From Macrostomum hystrix (Eukaryota; Animalia; Platyhelminthes), in the NCBI GenBank assembly GCA_950097015.1, contig CATNEN010000038.1, positions 30,504,001 through 30,568,000 of the forward strand: a stretch of DNA of 64,000 nucleotides, written 5' to 3'. Each line of letters opens with the position of its first letter. Within the stretch, counting starts at the first letter, position 1. The notes below the pieces were generated by a model. That model was not told the origin of the DNA. It did no database searches and saw only the letters and a list, made by a program, of their open reading frames with translations. The translations under genes were made by a program, and so were the position numbers. This document shows, one piece after another, positions 62,401 to 64,000 of this stretch.

Positions 62401-64000
62401 AGGACAGTGACACGCCAACAGCCGAGTCCACTGGTTCCGGGGATAAGCCGGGTTCTCAGGATGAACTCAACAACGAACTTGTCTATCGCACTCTAAACCA
62501 GAACGAAGAGGCTCATAGACAGTCCCATATAGCGCGAGAAAACGAAAACGATACCAGCAGTGAGCTGCATTCCGAAACAGAAGTTCGCGAGCCTTGCAGT
62601 AATCCTGATAAGAGAGCTACTGAAGAAGATACCACATTAGCAGAATCGGAGAAGAGAGAAGACGAACTTACTCAAAGCAATGGCGGCAGTAAAGCACCTC
62701 TTTCAGTGCAATCTAAAGAGCATAGCTTTTCGAAGGATGGTCAGAATTGTGCAGATAATCAGATTGATGGCCCTCAGAATAAAGACTACGCGGATGGCAA
62801 GACTGAATGCAAGCCACTACAGGACACCGAACTTAAAACTGAACCACTCGACAAAAGAACATCTGCCAGAGAGGACAGAGAAACTTTTGAATCATCTGAC
62901 AACGAATTAAACGCACCTGCTAGTAGAAAGGCATCTGATGTACCATCAAGTAGGGAATTGCCTGTCTCCAAAAACAAATCGATCAATCCGGACGTAGAGG
63001 CAGCAGAGCAGTCCACAGGTTCTGGAGATCTCAAGGCAGAGACAGGAACCAGAGCTCGGAAAGACGAAGCACCAGTCTGCGAGGAAGAGTTTGAAAGTGG
63101 CAGTGACTTGGACAAGGCAACAGTTACTGTGTCCTCCAGCTCTGAAGACGAGTGCAGCGATGACGACTTACCATCTGAGCGAGCGAAAGAATCGGAATAC
63201 GAAAAGATAAATGACATTAGTGTGGGATCGGAAGCTACAAACGAAGATGAAAAGGCAGAGAGTTCTGATTCAAAGTTTAAGGCGCCAAATATAAAAGACT
63301 CAAAAGAAAACACTGATGACCAGCAACCAGCAACTTCAAACCAACTTGAGACATGTGGGAGTAGTTCAACAGAGGTACCACTGAACGACATCGACAGTGA
63401 AGCTAATGCTAATAGTGATTCAAGCCATTCTGGGGGAGTTTTAGCTAGACAAATTTCGGATTCAAATCAATCAGAGAAAGGGAACAATCGTGGACCTAAT
63501 GAGTTTGCGACTGAAGGTGACACAGCAACCTTGCATCCTAAAGGCTCCGAATATCCTCTTAATGAGTCTAGTGATATTCTCCTTCATCCGTACGTACCAA
63601 ATTCTTTAAAGGATTCACGTGGACGTTTAGATTATTCGGATCCTGAGCAGACTGGCATCAGAGAAGCAGATGCTGTTGACAAAGTTCACAAAACATATAT
63701 TTCTAATAGTCCAAAAATAAAATGTGCTGAATCTGATGACAATGATTGCTCAAGTGAAGCAAGGATGGCATCGACAACTAAAAGCGATAAAGTCTCGGCT
63801 GATACTATTTCTGAGCAAATCGAAACGAACCACACAAAGCTGTTGGAGCAACAAAACTATGGTTCCGGCATTGAGCGTCCTCAGAAACACTCTCGGATTG
63901 TCGCAAGCGGCATTTCTCTAAAAGAAGACCAGGAAACTATATCGAATGAAGAAACTGAGGCATTGAATTCCGACACTTCCCAGAAATCCCTCTTATCGAG
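50481..64000 (+). CDS. Unknown giant protein with an N-terminal coiled coil and a >3100-aa acidic Ser/Asp/Glu-rich disordered region; exons 50481-50647, 52026-52248, 52571-52665, 52739-52883, 53243-53281, 53458-53522, 53610-53698, 54240-54534, 54620-64000 (3'-partial)
   Basis: Eight GT-AG introns with matching phases (2,0,2,0,0,2,1,2). The frame starting at 54621 was open wherever spot-checked, and the ORF track lists no closed ORF in it. Coiled-coil segments ELIKLKRENAELNNK, LETQLALREAQISQL, QLDESQAILKRQQELL. Start codon uncertain. Confidence 0.8.
51525..51815 (+). mobile_element. tRNA-derived SINE family B, the most complete copy in the window
   Basis: Head TGGCAGAGCGGTTAG...GGTCCCTGAGCTCGATTCC; body shared with 12395-12630, 37790-37905 and 5140-5235; head also at ~6290 and ~47755. 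Confidence 0.7.
57213..58300 (+). repeat. Coding 30-bp minisatellite: (SEREEGRPIA) x ~27 followed by (SEHGDSHPVP)-like x ~9
   Basis: In-frame tandem units within the giant exon. Confidence 0.93.

Noticed and set aside
55130-63921. Many short - strand and alternative-frame ORFs
   Set aside because: Shadows of the giant + strand exon

Overview
Eukaryotic (animal) genomic DNA with canonical GT-AG introns. The gene set, the density of 17-54 bp minisatellites and one gene that seems to need a leader-supplied AUG suggest a flatworm, possibly Macrostomum (inference, not proven). Nine protein-coding genes were built by hand with phase-consistent splice junctions: PLPP4/5-like phosphatase (+, 5'-partial), C6orf163-like coiled-coil protein (-), MPDU1 (+), WDR89 (+), AF4/FMR2 (AFF)-family elongation scaffold (-), divergent class C GPCR (-), ABCD4 (-), ATG4C/D-like protease (-), and an unknown gene whose ninth exon is an open frame of over 9.3 kb running off the window (+). 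Roughly a fifth to a quarter of the window is about 16 different minisatellite arrays, which explain most long ORFs in the supplied track. tRNA-derived SINE fragments and a foldback element are also present. Best leads: (1) WDR89 has no start ATG and begins in phase 0 at a splice acceptor, as expected if a trans-spliced leader donates the AUG in an MPDU1-WDR89 operon; (2) intronic arrays whose 29-nt units are each GT...CAG mini-introns; (3) a 2-kb AG-free minisatellite abutting a 3' splice site; (4) kb-scale CpG-free blocks at the 5' ends of two genes; (5) the giant acidic exon; (6) an orphan class C GPCR. All homology calls come from remembered family motifs; no database search was run.
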